DNA of 64,000 nucleotides from Phycisphaerales bacterium (lineage in GTDB: Bacteria; Planctomycetota; Phycisphaerae; Phycisphaerales; UBA1924): assembly GCA_965227775.1 (NCBI GenBank), contig OZ245777.1, positions 1,088,001 through 1,152,000 of the forward strand, given 5' to 3'. The position numbers and the translations under genes are program-made. The stretch's first letter is position 1. Each line of letters begins with the position of its first letter. Shown here one piece after another: positions 47,302 through 56,473 of this stretch. The notes beneath the pieces were generated by a model that was not told the origin of the DNA, made no database searches, and was given only the letters and a program-made list of their open reading frames with translations.

Positions 47302-48171
47302 TTACTCGCAACCAGCATCGAACTCGTTCTGGAACGCGAGGAAGTCGAAGATCGTCAACTCGCCGTCACCGTCGAAGTCGGCAAGGAGGTCGCCGTCGTC
47401 AAAGAGGTTCTGATACGCGAGGAAGTCGAAGATGGTTAATGAGCCGTCGCCGTCGAGGTCGACGCGGCAGCCGCCGCCAGTCATGCTGATGCGCATGGCG
47501 TTGATCATGCCCAGCGTGCTGGGGTCGGCTTGGAGGTCGAGCTGGATCGCGCCACCATCTGCCTGCACGCCATCCCAGATTAGCCAGTTGCCCGGTGTCA
47601 ATCCGTCGGATGTGCTGCCCCACGGCGTCACGACGGGTGTACCGAGGAAGGTACGGTCTGCGAGCACGCCGTTTACGTTGAAGGTATTCAAGTAATCGAA
47701 CGTGGTCCGGGCCGAGATGACCTCGACCTGGTACTCGCCGTCGGGCAGGCCCTCAAACAAGTAGGTGCCCGCAAGGCCCGTGGATAGTCCAGCACCATCG
47801 CCCGATGCCGGATGCACGTACCAGTCTTGCTCTGGAAACGTCGGGCCGTCATCGCCGACGAAGGACCGCCACTGGCCACCGAGTCCATCGACCGACACGC
47901 CCGTGGATGCGCCGGTGTTGAAGTCGATGAGGTCGAACGTGACCCCGGCGAAGTTATCTATGTTGTTCCATGCGCCTGGCAGCGTCGAGCCGCGGGCGGT
48001 GCCGAAGTCGATGCGGATGTCCAGTTCGTCGTCGTCGATGCCTGGGGCGCCGGCTGTTTGCCCAGTTGCCAATTCTTCGGTTTGGGCGGCTGGCGTCAGG
48101 TTTGGATCGTCCGACTGCGGTGAGGCCAGCACGAGGCCAGCGGCGAGAACGGTGCTCGTCAGCATGATCAT
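47302..48171 (-). CDS. Secreted beta-rich protein with C-terminal GC-type dockerin-like module
   Basis: Signal peptide; module CRVDLDGDGSLTIFDFLAYQN...FQNEFDAGC at 47308-47469. Confidence 0.85.
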   Translation of the reverse strand: MIMLTSTVLAAGLVLASPQSDDPNLTPAAQTEELATGQTAGAPGIDDDELDIRIDFGTARGSTLPGAWNNIDNFAGVTFDLIDFNTGASTGVSVDGLGGQWRSFVGDDGPTFPEQDWYVHPASGDGAGLSTGLAGTYLFEGLPDGEYQVEVISARTTFDYLNTFNVNGVLADRTFLGTPVVTPWGSTSDGLTPGNWLIWDGVQADGGAIQLDLQADPSTLGMINAMRISMTGGGCRVDLDGDGSLTIFDFLAYQNLFDDGDLLADFDGDGELTIFDFLAFQNEFDAGCE

Positions 48172-48310
48172 CGAAATGTCTCCCACGAGTTGCCGAGCCC
48201 CACGCCGCAGGACACCCCGCGGACCGGGCCCCGATCTGCAGTCAGTGTACCCGAAGTGCAGTAGATTCCGAAGCGATTTGCATTTCTTCGAAGGTGTCTC
48301 GCATCAAAGA

Positions 48311-48340
48311 CAAGCGCCGACCCCTGGGGGCCGGCGCTTG
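48311..48340 (-). terminator. Probable terminator of the hydrolase pair
   Basis: CAAGCGCCG...CGGCGCTTG inverted repeat followed on the minus strand by TCTTT. Confidence 0.6.
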
Positions 48341-48366
48341 CAAGTGGGCGTCATGCCAACACACTA

Positions 48367-50541
48367 CTAACGCTCGAGCGTGAACTCGATCTCGTCGAGT
48401 CCGAGTCGCCCGATGGTCGAGCCATCATCCTGGGCAAACTCGAAACGGATGGCGGTGATGTCGGTCAGATCGAGCCCGCTGCCCTGCGACAGGAAGTCAC
48501 TCAGGCGGATGCGGATCGTGCCGTACTCGTTCTGCCAGCCGACACCGGACCCAGCGCCGGTGCGCTGGTAGGGCTCCGAGGCGCCGGCCTCGTACGCCCC
48601 TACGTGGATCGTGCTGCGTGTGCCGCTTCCGTCGACAAGTACAACGTTGAAGGTCACCGGCTCGAGCTGCGCGATCGTGTTCGGGTGCCGCGTGCCCTGG
48701 CACGTGCGGAAGCTGAGGTGATCGAAGCCCGAGACGTCACCGAGCGAGGGAATGACCTGGAACTCGACGAAGGAGGGGCTGTTGAAGTCGAACACCAGCC
48801 CGGCCGAATCGTCCGACGACAGGAACGCGTAGTTCATGCCGTTGCTCGGCTCGCTGCCTGTCCAGGTCAGACTGCCATTCGTATCGGCCTGGCGGATTTC
48901 TGCGGCGTTCGACACGCTAACGGTCACGCTGCCACCCGAGCTGCTCTGGCTGATGCTCGGGTTGCTCTGGAAGTCATCGATCACGCGGCTGCCGCCGTCG
49001 ATGGTGCTCGGACGGTACATATGCACCAGCGTTGTGCCATCCATAACGCCCAGCGGCTTGAAGCCGTCCCACGCACGGGTCACGTAGTCGATGGCGTCGG
49101 TGTTGCCCTCACCGTAATGCTTGATGAGCGCGGTCCAGGTTGCCTTGGCAATCTGCTGCGCCTCGGTGCGACCGATCTCGGTTGATGCCGGGCCCTGGAA
49201 GTTCCGGAACCCGCAGCAATTGAACACGTTGTGATCAGCGCCGTGGACGTACGTCGAGTGCTTGAAGCCGTCGGCCCGGTCGTAATTGCGGAAGGGGATC
49301 GTCTGCCCACCGAAGCTGCTCGGGCTGCCGCTGATGTCGCCATCGGCCGAGCCCCAGATCATGTGGTAGTTGATGTCGCCCGGGTCGGCTTCGAAGCCGC
49401 CTCCGCCGATGCTGTTGGCCGCGATTGAGCTTACGAGCACCATGTCTTCGGCGCTGTAGTTCGAGGGCGTGAAGCCGTCGGAAAGGCGTTCTGAGCCGAT
49501 GTTGCACTCGCGCCCGCCCAGGCTGTGGCCGATCCACACGATGCGTGAGCTATCGATCAGGCCGTTGAGCACGCCGCCGGCGATGGTCGCCTGCTCGCCG
49601 ATGAGCGCATCGGTGTGCCGCAGCGGGCGGTTGCCCGTGCCGCTGAAGTCGTTCTGTACGCTGATGCTCACCCAGCCCCAGCTGCTGAGCTGGTCTTGCA
49701 GGTAGTCGTACCAGCGGTAGTCGTGGCCGCCACCGTGTACGATCACCACGATGGGCAGCGGGCCAACGCTGGCGAGTTCGGCCGGGTAGTTCAGGCGCAA
49801 GACGCCCTGTGAGCTGCTGCTGTCGATCATCGTCGGCGTGAGCGGACCCATCTCCGAGATGTTCGTGAACACGCTGAACCCGTTGGCATCGGCCGGGTGT
49901 ACGGCTAGCCCGTCGACGTAGTCGCCATCGCCGAGGGCGCCGTCGCGGTCGACATCAACGACCAGGTCGTAGCCGGTCGAGATGTTCAGGCCGTTGGCCG
50001 CGGCGAGCGTCTCGCTGCCGGTCAGCGCCACCTCGGCGCCGTCGATCGACAACGCGCTGAACGTGTGGGCTTGCGGCATGCCGCGAACGTCAGTCAGCGA
50101 GGGATCGCTCGCCCACTCGAGGTTGGTCCTGCTCTCAACGATGTAGATGTCGCCCGTCACGCCTCGGATGGCGGGGAAGCGATCGGGGTCAATCGCCAGG
50201 AACACCGTGTCGCCCTGGTTGAACGCGCGGGTTGCCTCGAAGTGGGGGTACTCGGCCAGCGGCACGCCGGCCATCTGCAATGAGATCGGTTCGGAAGGGC
50301 ATCCGGCGACGAACTCGTTCTGGAACTCCAGGAAGTCGAAGATCGTGAGCTCGCCGTCACCATCGAAGTCTGCAGCCAGATCGCCCGCGGCGAACAGGTT
50401 CTGGAACTCCAGGAAGTCGAAGACGGTGAGCTCGCCGTCACCATCGAGGTCGGCCCGGCAAGTGCCCTGGGCCAGCGTCGAGCCTGCGACCGCGAGAACT
50501 GCCGCCGCTGCCATCGCCGAGCGAGTCTTGTTCATGTGCAT
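48367..50541 (-). CDS. Secreted alpha/beta hydrolase with N-terminal GC-type dockerin-like module, paralog A
   Basis: Signal peptide, module at 50299-50460, VHGGGH, WIGHSLGG (Ser), GSADGD (Asp), HGADHN (His), C-terminal jelly-roll-like domain. Confidence 0.88.
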   Translation of the reverse strand: MHMNKTRSAMAAAAVLAVAGSTLAQGTCRADLDGDGELTVFDFLEFQNLFAAGDLAADFDGDGELTIFDFLEFQNEFVAGCPSEPISLQMAGVPLAEYPHFEATRAFNQGDTVFLAIDPDRFPAIRGVTGDIYIVESRTNLEWASDPSLTDVRGMPQAHTFSALSIDGAEVALTGSETLAAANGLNISTGYDLVVDVDRDGALGDGDYVDGLAVHPADANGFSVFTNISEMGPLTPTMIDSSSSQGVLRLNYPAELASVGPLPIVVIVHGGGHDYRWYDYLQDQLSSWGWVSISVQNDFSGTGNRPLRHTDALIGEQATIAGGVLNGLIDSSRIVWIGHSLGGRECNIGSERLSDGFTPSNYSAEDMVLVSSIAANSIGGGGFEADPGDINYHMIWGSADGDISGSPSSFGGQTIPFRNYDRADGFKHSTYVHGADHNVFNCCGFRNFQGPASTEIGRTEAQQIAKATWTALIKHYGEGNTDAIDYVTRAWDGFKPLGVMDGTTLVHMYRPSTIDGGSRVIDDFQSNPSISQSSSGGSVTVSVSNAAEIRQADTNGSLTWTGSEPSNGMNYAFLSSDDSAGLVFDFNSPSFVEFQVIPSLGDVSGFDHLSFRTCQGTRHPNTIAQLEPVTFNVVLVDGSGTRSTIHVGAYEAGASEPYQRTGAGSGVGWQNEYGTIRIRLSDFLSQGSGLDLTDITAIRFEFAQDDGSTIGRLGLDEIEFTLER

Positions 50542-50580
50542 CTCGTGTCCTCCGTTTGTGCGCGGATGTGCGTGTGAGGT

Positions 50581-52755
50581 TCAGGGATCGATGGTGAACT
50601 CGATCTCGTCGAGGCCAAGGCGGCCAATGCCCGACCCCTCGCCCTGGCCAAAGTCGAAGCGGATGGCCGCCACGTCGGTCAGGTCGAGGCCCGATCCCTC
50701 GGCCAGGAAGTCCGTCAGCCTGATGCGGATGGTGTTGTACTCGTTCTGCCAGCCCGCGCCGGAGCCCAAGCCGGTGCGCTGGTAGGGCTCGGACGCACCT
50801 GCGTCATACTCGCCGATGTGGATGGTGCTCGTCGCGCCGCTGCCGTCGATGAGCGAGACGTTGAACGTCACCGGCTCGAGCTCAGCGGTCGTGTTGGGGT
50901 GCCGCGTTCCCTGGCACACGCGGAAGCTCAGGTGGTCGTACCCGAGCAGGTTGCCCAGACTTGGAACGACCTCGAACTCGATGAACGCCGCTCCGTCGTA
51001 GTCGAACACGAGCCCGCGAGAATCATCCGAAGGCTCCCAGGCATACGTCATGCCGTTGGCCGGATCGGTCGGCGTCCAGGTGAAGCCGCTGCTGCCGTCG
51101 CGCTGGCGCACTTCCGCCGTGTTGGACGTATTGAGCGAGACCGTGCCACCCGAACTGCTCTGGCTCACGCTCGGGTTGGTCTGGAAGTCATCGATGACGC
51201 GCGTGTCCATCTCCACAGGATCGGGTCGATACATGTGCACGAGCGTGGTGGTCTGGCTCACGCTCAGCGGCTTGAAGCCGTCCCAGGCGCGTGTCAGGTA
51301 GTCGATGGCGTCGCCGTTGCCCTCGCCGTAGTGCTTGACGAGCGCAAGCCAGATGCTCTTGGCGATGCGCTGGGCCTCGGGGCGACCGATCTCGGTGCCG
51401 GGGGGGCCGGTGAAGTTGCGGAATCCGCAGCAGTTGAACACATTGTGGTCGGCGCCGTGGATGTACGTCGAGTGCTTGTAGCCGAAGGCCCGGTCGTAGT
51501 GCCGGAACGCGACGGTCTGGGCGCCCGGGGCGCCGCTGCGGTCGCCGTCGGCCGAGCCCCAGATCATGTGGAAGTTGATCGGTCCCGGGTCAGCTACGAG
51601 CGAGCCGAAGTCGCCGACGCTGTTGGCACCGATCGAACTGACCAGCACCATGTCGTCGATCGTGTAGTTCCGGGGTGTGAACAGGCCTCGATACAACCGC
51701 TCGGCACCGATGACGACCTCTCGGCCGCCCAGGCTGTGGCCGATCCAGACGATGCGCGAGCTATCGATCAGCCCATTGAGCACGCCGCCGGCGATGCTGC
51801 TCTGCTCGGCGATCAGCGCCTCGGTCTGCAGCAGTGGCCGATTGCCGGTTCCGCCGAAGTCGTTCTGGATGCTGATGCTCACCCAGCCCCAGCTGCTCAG
51901 ATGGTCCTGCAGGTAGTCGTACCAGCGATAGTCGTGGCCGCCGCCATGCACGATGACGGCGATGGGGAGTGGTCCGACGTTCGACAGCTCCGCCGGGTAA
52001 TTCAGACGGACCAAGCCGCGCGATGTGCTGGTGTCGAGCATCGTCGGCGTCAGCGGGCCCATCTGCGTCATGTCCGTGAACACGCTGAAGCCGTTGACAT
52101 CGGCTGGCAGCAAACCCAGGCCATCGATGTAATCACCATCACCCAGCTGGCCATCGCGATCGACGTCGACGACGAGGTCGTAGCCGGTCGAGATGTTCGC
52201 GCCGTTGGCAGCCATCAGCGTGGTGCTGTCGGCAAGCGGTACGTCGGCATCATCGATCGAGAGTGCGCTAAAGGTGTGTCCCTGCGGCAAGCCGCGCACG
52301 TCGACGAGGCTCGGGTCGCTCGCCCACTCCAACTCGGTCTTACTCGCAACGACGTAGATGTCCGCCGCCACGCCGCGGATGGCGGGGAATCGGTCCGGAT
52401 CGATCGCGAGCGAAACAGTTCGTCCCTTGTTGAACGCCCGCGTGAACTCGAAGTACGGGTAGCCATCGAGCGGCACGCCGGCCATCTGTAGCGAGATCGG
52501 CTCGCCCGGGCATCCCTGCACGAACTCGTTCTGGAACTCCAGGAAGTCGAAGATCGTGAGCTCGCCGTCGCCATCGAAGTCGACAGCCAGGTCGCCCGCG
52601 GCGAACAGGTTCTGGAACTCCAGGAAGTCGAAGACGGTCAGCTCGCCGTCGCCATCAAGGTCGACGCGGCACGTGGAATCGGGATTGGCAAGTGCGAAGC
52701 CAGCGGCAATCGTGAGCGCGGCGACACCGGCGGCCGTTGAGCATGCGTGGCGCAT
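50581..52755 (-). CDS. Secreted alpha/beta hydrolase with N-terminal GC-type dockerin-like module, paralog B
   Basis: Colinear with 48367-50541 over its full length; module at 52510-52671; AAGGAG RBS. Confidence 0.88.
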   Translation of the reverse strand: MRHACSTAAGVAALTIAAGFALANPDSTCRVDLDGDGELTVFDFLEFQNLFAAGDLAVDFDGDGELTIFDFLEFQNEFVQGCPGEPISLQMAGVPLDGYPYFEFTRAFNKGRTVSLAIDPDRFPAIRGVAADIYVVASKTELEWASDPSLVDVRGLPQGHTFSALSIDDADVPLADSTTLMAANGANISTGYDLVVDVDRDGQLGDGDYIDGLGLLPADVNGFSVFTDMTQMGPLTPTMLDTSTSRGLVRLNYPAELSNVGPLPIAVIVHGGGHDYRWYDYLQDHLSSWGWVSISIQNDFGGTGNRPLLQTEALIAEQSSIAGGVLNGLIDSSRIVWIGHSLGGREVVIGAERLYRGLFTPRNYTIDDMVLVSSIGANSVGDFGSLVADPGPINFHMIWGSADGDRSGAPGAQTVAFRHYDRAFGYKHSTYIHGADHNVFNCCGFRNFTGPPGTEIGRPEAQRIAKSIWLALVKHYGEGNGDAIDYLTRAWDGFKPLSVSQTTTLVHMYRPDPVEMDTRVIDDFQTNPSVSQSSSGGTVSLNTSNTAEVRQRDGSSGFTWTPTDPANGMTYAWEPSDDSRGLVFDYDGAAFIEFEVVPSLGNLLGYDHLSFRVCQGTRHPNTTAELEPVTFNVSLIDGSGATSTIHIGEYDAGASEPYQRTGLGSGAGWQNEYNTIRIRLTDFLAEGSGLDLTDVAAIRFDFGQGEGSGIGRLGLDEIEFTIDP

Positions 52756-52941
52756 GTCGTTCTCTCCTTCGTTTGGTTATCGGGGCTTGGGATGCCCCAC
52801 GAGTCGAATCGTCGCGATGGGCGCGCGGCATACCCAAATCCGCGCTCGATACACGATCCGCACGATGCAGGCGAGGGGATGCCCCAGATGCAAGACTTCT
52901 CGGAAGTTAAGCTCCGCGCGGCTTGCCGTTGCCACGAGAAA

Positions 52942-53028
52942 CGGTGCGGGTGGGATTCGAACCCACGGAACCCTAACGGGCTCATTGGTTTTCAAGACCA
53001 ACGCCTTCAACCGCTCGGCCACCGCACC
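52942..53028 (-). tRNA. tRNA-Ser(TGA)
   Basis: Minus strand GGTGCGG...TTGGT-CTTGAAA-ACCAA, long variable arm, GGTTCGAATCC, CCGCACC-G. Confidence 0.96.
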
Positions 53029-53169
53029 AGATCGGCTGGCGGCCCAAGCGTAGACGGCCCGCAGACGCCCGAGAACCCGTGTCGGAGCCCACACGACCAC
53101 CAGAAACAGAAGATCCGCTCCATTGCCGCGTTTTGTAAGCCGATACCACGGGCGGAAAGGGGCGACCTG

Positions 53170-53586
53170 GTGGACAACGCTGCAGCCAAGAATCTGCCGA
53201 CCGTGCTGATCGCCGATGACGAGCATCACATCCGCTTCATGCTGGAATGGAAGCTCAAGTCCGACGATGTGCGCATCCTGACGGCTGCCGACGGCAAGAC
53301 AGCGTTGTCTCTCGCCCAAAAGCACAAGCCCGCGCTCATCATCAGCGACTATCAGATGCCCTATATGGACGGCATCGGCCTGGTGAAGAGCTTGGCGCTC
53401 GATCCTGAGACAGCGGATATCCCGGTCATCCTGCTGACCGCGCTGGAGCACCGAATCAGCCGGAGCGAGCTGGCCGACACCTCCGTCGAGCACATCCTGC
53501 GCAAGCCGTTTCGCCCATCGGAGTTGCTCGAGTTGGCCGCGGACTATCTCAAGGACTATCGGGAGCGAACCGGCGAGGCGGCATGA
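53170..53586 (+). CDS. Single-domain response regulator (CheY-like receiver)
   Basis: VLIADDE, IISDYQMPYMDG, PVILLTA, LRKPF; GTG start inferred. Confidence 0.9.
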   Translation: MDNAAAKNLPTVLIADDEHHIRFMLEWKLKSDDVRILTAADGKTALSLAQKHKPALIISDYQMPYMDGIGLVKSLALDPETADIPVILLTALEHRISRSELADTSVEHILRKPFRPSELLELAADYLKDYRERTGEAA

Positions 53587-55151
53587 ACGACTATGCGGAA
53601 GAGATCGGCGGACTCATCAACGTCAAGTGGTCGTGGTTGCATGGTTTTTCGCTTGGCGAGGACTGTCCGGAGGGAATCGCGCGATTCCTGACGACCGAAG
53701 AAACCCGCGTCCGAATGGAGCAGATCGCCGGCGCCGGTCCGTGCGACGGCGCCACGGGCGACCTGGTGCCAGGCGTGCGTGTTGTGGGCTTCAGCCAGGG
53801 CAGCGACTCGACCTCGCGAGGTGAGGCCGATGTCGTGCTGGCCGTCTCCAACGAGGCGTTTGCGCGCGCGGGCGTGCCCGCGTGCAGCCCGCTCGAGCGC
53901 ACCGGCGACGCGGCGGAGAGTGGCGTGGCCGCTGCGCTCCATCTGGCGAGCCTGGGGCGATGGGCGTGGGATCGCGAGCTCGATGTCATACGCAACCGCG
54001 ACGAGCTCATCAGCACGTTCAGCGAGCAGCTCTCCGAGAGCTACGAGCACATCAGCCTGCTGCTGTTTGTCGGTCGCTTCATGAACCATGTGACCAATCC
54101 GCTGACCGTCGTGCAGACGGTGGTGCAGGAGGTGCGGCGCACCATGAAGTACGGCTGGCTGGCCATGGTCATGCTCGAGGACCGCGGCGCCGCGCAGAGC
54201 ATCGCGGGCTCGACGACGGTCGTTGGTGACCTGCCGATTCCCAGGGCGTCGCTCCAGCGGGCGTGCAGCGAGTATGCGCGCGTGCACCCGGCCGACGCGT
54301 GGACGCGCGTCATCGACTCGAGCGACTCCATCATGGGGCCGCTCATCAAGGGTGAGGTTCTCGTGGAGCCCATCACGCACCGCGGTCGCACGGTGGGCAT
54401 GATGATCTGCGGCGACAAGCAGGGCCGCAAAGAGGCCATCGATAGCGTCGACATCCAGATCCTCGACGCTGTGGCCGACCTCCTGGGCGTGTTCCACGAC
54501 AACCTCCGTCGCCACGAAGACCAAGTCGCGATGTTCCTGGGCACGGTCGGCTCGCTCACGGCCGCCATCGACGCCAAGGACGCGTACACCCGCGGTCACT
54601 CCGAGCGGGTGGCATGGGGCGCCCGCGAGCTATCGCTGGCCATCGGTCTCGACGAGGCAACCGCCGAGCGCGCACACCTCGCCGGCCTCCTGCACGACAT
54701 TGGCAAGATCGGCGTGCCCGAGAGCGTGCTCACCAAGAAGGGGCGCTTGACCGAGGACGAGTTCGAGATGATCAAGCGGCATCCGCGGATCGGCTTCGAC
54801 ATCCTCCGAGGCATCCCAAGCCTTGAGGACGTGCTGCCCGGCGTGTTGCACCACCACGAGCGATGGGACGGCAAGGGCTACCCCACCGGCGCGGCGGGTG
54901 AGGAGATCAGCCTGTTCGGGCGCATCCTGGCCGTAGCCGACGTCTTCGACGCGCTGAGTAGCGATCGAGCGTATCGCAAGGCATTGACCCGAGACGAGGT
55001 CATCGCCGAGATCCGCCGAAGCACCGGCACGCACTTCGATCCGCGGCTGGCCCGCGCTTTCGTTGAGCTCGATTTCACTGGCTTCGATCGCCTGCTCAAT
55101 CTGGGCGGCAGCGAAGGCGATGGCACCGCGGCCCAACGACCGGCCGCCTGA
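53583..55151 (+). CDS. HD-GYP domain cyclic-dinucleotide phosphodiesterase with GAF-like N-terminal region
   Basis: DAKDAYTRGHSERV, LLHDIGKIG, HHHERWDGKGYP, AVADVFDA, GTHFDP; ATGA overlap with the receiver gene. Confidence 0.92.
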   Translation: MNDYAEEIGGLINVKWSWLHGFSLGEDCPEGIARFLTTEETRVRMEQIAGAGPCDGATGDLVPGVRVVGFSQGSDSTSRGEADVVLAVSNEAFARAGVPACSPLERTGDAAESGVAAALHLASLGRWAWDRELDVIRNRDELISTFSEQLSESYEHISLLLFVGRFMNHVTNPLTVVQTVVQEVRRTMKYGWLAMVMLEDRGAAQSIAGSTTVVGDLPIPRASLQRACSEYARVHPADAWTRVIDSSDSIMGPLIKGEVLVEPITHRGRTVGMMICGDKQGRKEAIDSVDIQILDAVADLLGVFHDNLRRHEDQVAMFLGTVGSLTAAIDAKDAYTRGHSERVAWGARELSLAIGLDEATAERAHLAGLLHDIGKIGVPESVLTKKGRLTEDEFEMIKRHPRIGFDILRGIPSLEDVLPGVLHHHERWDGKGYPTGAAGEEISLFGRILAVADVFDALSSDRAYRKALTRDEVIAEIRRSTGTHFDPRLARAFVELDFTGFDRLLNLGGSEGDGTAAQRPAA

Positions 55152-55189
55152 CCCGCAGCCGAGGCCGTCGTCCAGTCGACCAATCAAAC

Positions 55190-56473
55190 CTACGGAAGTT
55201 CCCACACGATCGTCGAGGGATCGAGTGCCAACTCGCGATCGGTGTCGTCGAAGAAGCCGTAGGGCGGCAGGTGGGCAACATCAGGGTCGTAGGTGATGTT
55301 GACGGGCGTCGAGAGGCTCACGCGAGCATTCCCTCCGATGATGATGGTTCCCAGGAAGTTCTGCCCGGGAAGCGAGAAGGTCACGTTGCCGCTCACATAC
55401 GCCAAGCCCTCGATACGGCCCGGATACACATCGAGCTTGTCGTCATCGAAGCCGAAATCGTAAGGTGTATGCGACGGGTTGAAGTCGACGTCCGACGTCG
55501 ATTCGCTCGGCCCAAGCGTCGTGCCCATGAAGGTTGCACCCCCACGGATGAGCAACGATGGCATCCAACCGAACGCAGGTTCGATCAGTGTCTCGGACCC
55601 GATGATCACATCGTCCATGGCACTATCCAGAATTACGAGTGTGCCCACAATACGAGTTCGCCGCACGATCAGGCGTCGGGCTGCACTGCAGTCGATGATG
55701 TAGATGCCGAACTCGTTGACATTGCCGTACGGATTGCTCGAGGGACTCAGGAGCACGTCCTCAATCGCTTGATATCCGGCGGATGACGGCAGCAGGTCGA
55801 TATCGATGTACTCGCCGAGCGCCAGGTAGTAATCAAACAAGGTGTCATCGGGCATCGTCCGCGCGTCGGCGCCACTCGTTGTAGAGCCGGCAAAGACCGC
55901 CCCGCTCACCGTCCCAGAGCTCTCGACCGGGGCGTTGATCGTTGATCCGGTCGCCGTCACGTCGCCGATTGCGCCGACCGTCTTGTCCGCAGTGATGCTC
56001 GCGGCAGTTCCCGTCGAGAGCTCGCCGCCGACGTACATGGCGGTTGCCAGCGTGTCGTACGGATCTCCTGATGGCGGCAGGATGCCCCGGATGATGTGCG
56101 TGGCTTGGCCGTTGCTGGCCTTGGCCCTCAGCACGATTGGTCCATCCACATTGTCCAGTGCCGAGCCATCGAGCTCCGAGAGTGTCCACTCGAGTTGGCC
56201 GTCGCTGAGCGAGCCCATCTTCGAAAACGAAGAAGTCAGGTCGGCCCTGGTGTCGCCCGAGTCCAGATGGGCCGACAGGGCACCGAGGCCGTGCTCGAAC
56301 GCGGATTGAGCCAACAGACGCGCCTCGGTCGATTGATCGGTAAGGATGTTCTCCTTTGCACGGCTGGTCGCCATCGACAGGGCGCTCAGGCCCGTGATGG
56401 TCACGATCGTGCCCGCCAAGAGCGCGATCAGGTACGCTGCGCCGCGCCGGGTTGGAGTCCTTCCGTCGTTCAT
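55190..56473 (-). CDS. PilX/GspK-like minor (pseudo)pilin with a large C-terminal domain
   Basis: RRG^AAYLIALL atypical prepilin N-terminus (no Glu5), ARLLAQSA; last gene of the pilin run. Confidence 0.65.
   Translation of the reverse strand: MNDGRTPTRRGAAYLIALLAGTIVTITGLSALSMATSRAKENILTDQSTEARLLAQSAFEHGLGALSAHLDSGDTRADLTSSFSKMGSLSDGQLEWTLSELDGSALDNVDGPIVLRAKASNGQATHIIRGILPPSGDPYDTLATAMYVGGELSTGTAASITADKTVGAIGDVTATGSTINAPVESSGTVSGAVFAGSTTSGADARTMPDDTLFDYYLALGEYIDIDLLPSSAGYQAIEDVLLSPSSNPYGNVNEFGIYIIDCSAARRLIVRRTRIVGTLVILDSAMDDVIIGSETLIEPAFGWMPSLLIRGGATFMGTTLGPSESTSDVDFNPSHTPYDFGFDDDKLDVYPGRIEGLAYVSGNVTFSLPGQNFLGTIIIGGNARVSLSTPVNITYDPDVAHLPPYGFFDDTDRELALDPSTIVWELP

Noticed and set aside
5546..52671. 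The six 162-bp near-identical segments as a mobile element or REP family
   Set aside because: All are in frame within secreted proteins, encode the same Ca-binding module, and have no terminal inverted repeats or target duplications that I could see.
27658..53028. Active integrative element or prophage at tRNA-Pro or tRNA-Ser
   Set aside because: No integrase, transposase, phage genes or att direct repeat was seen.
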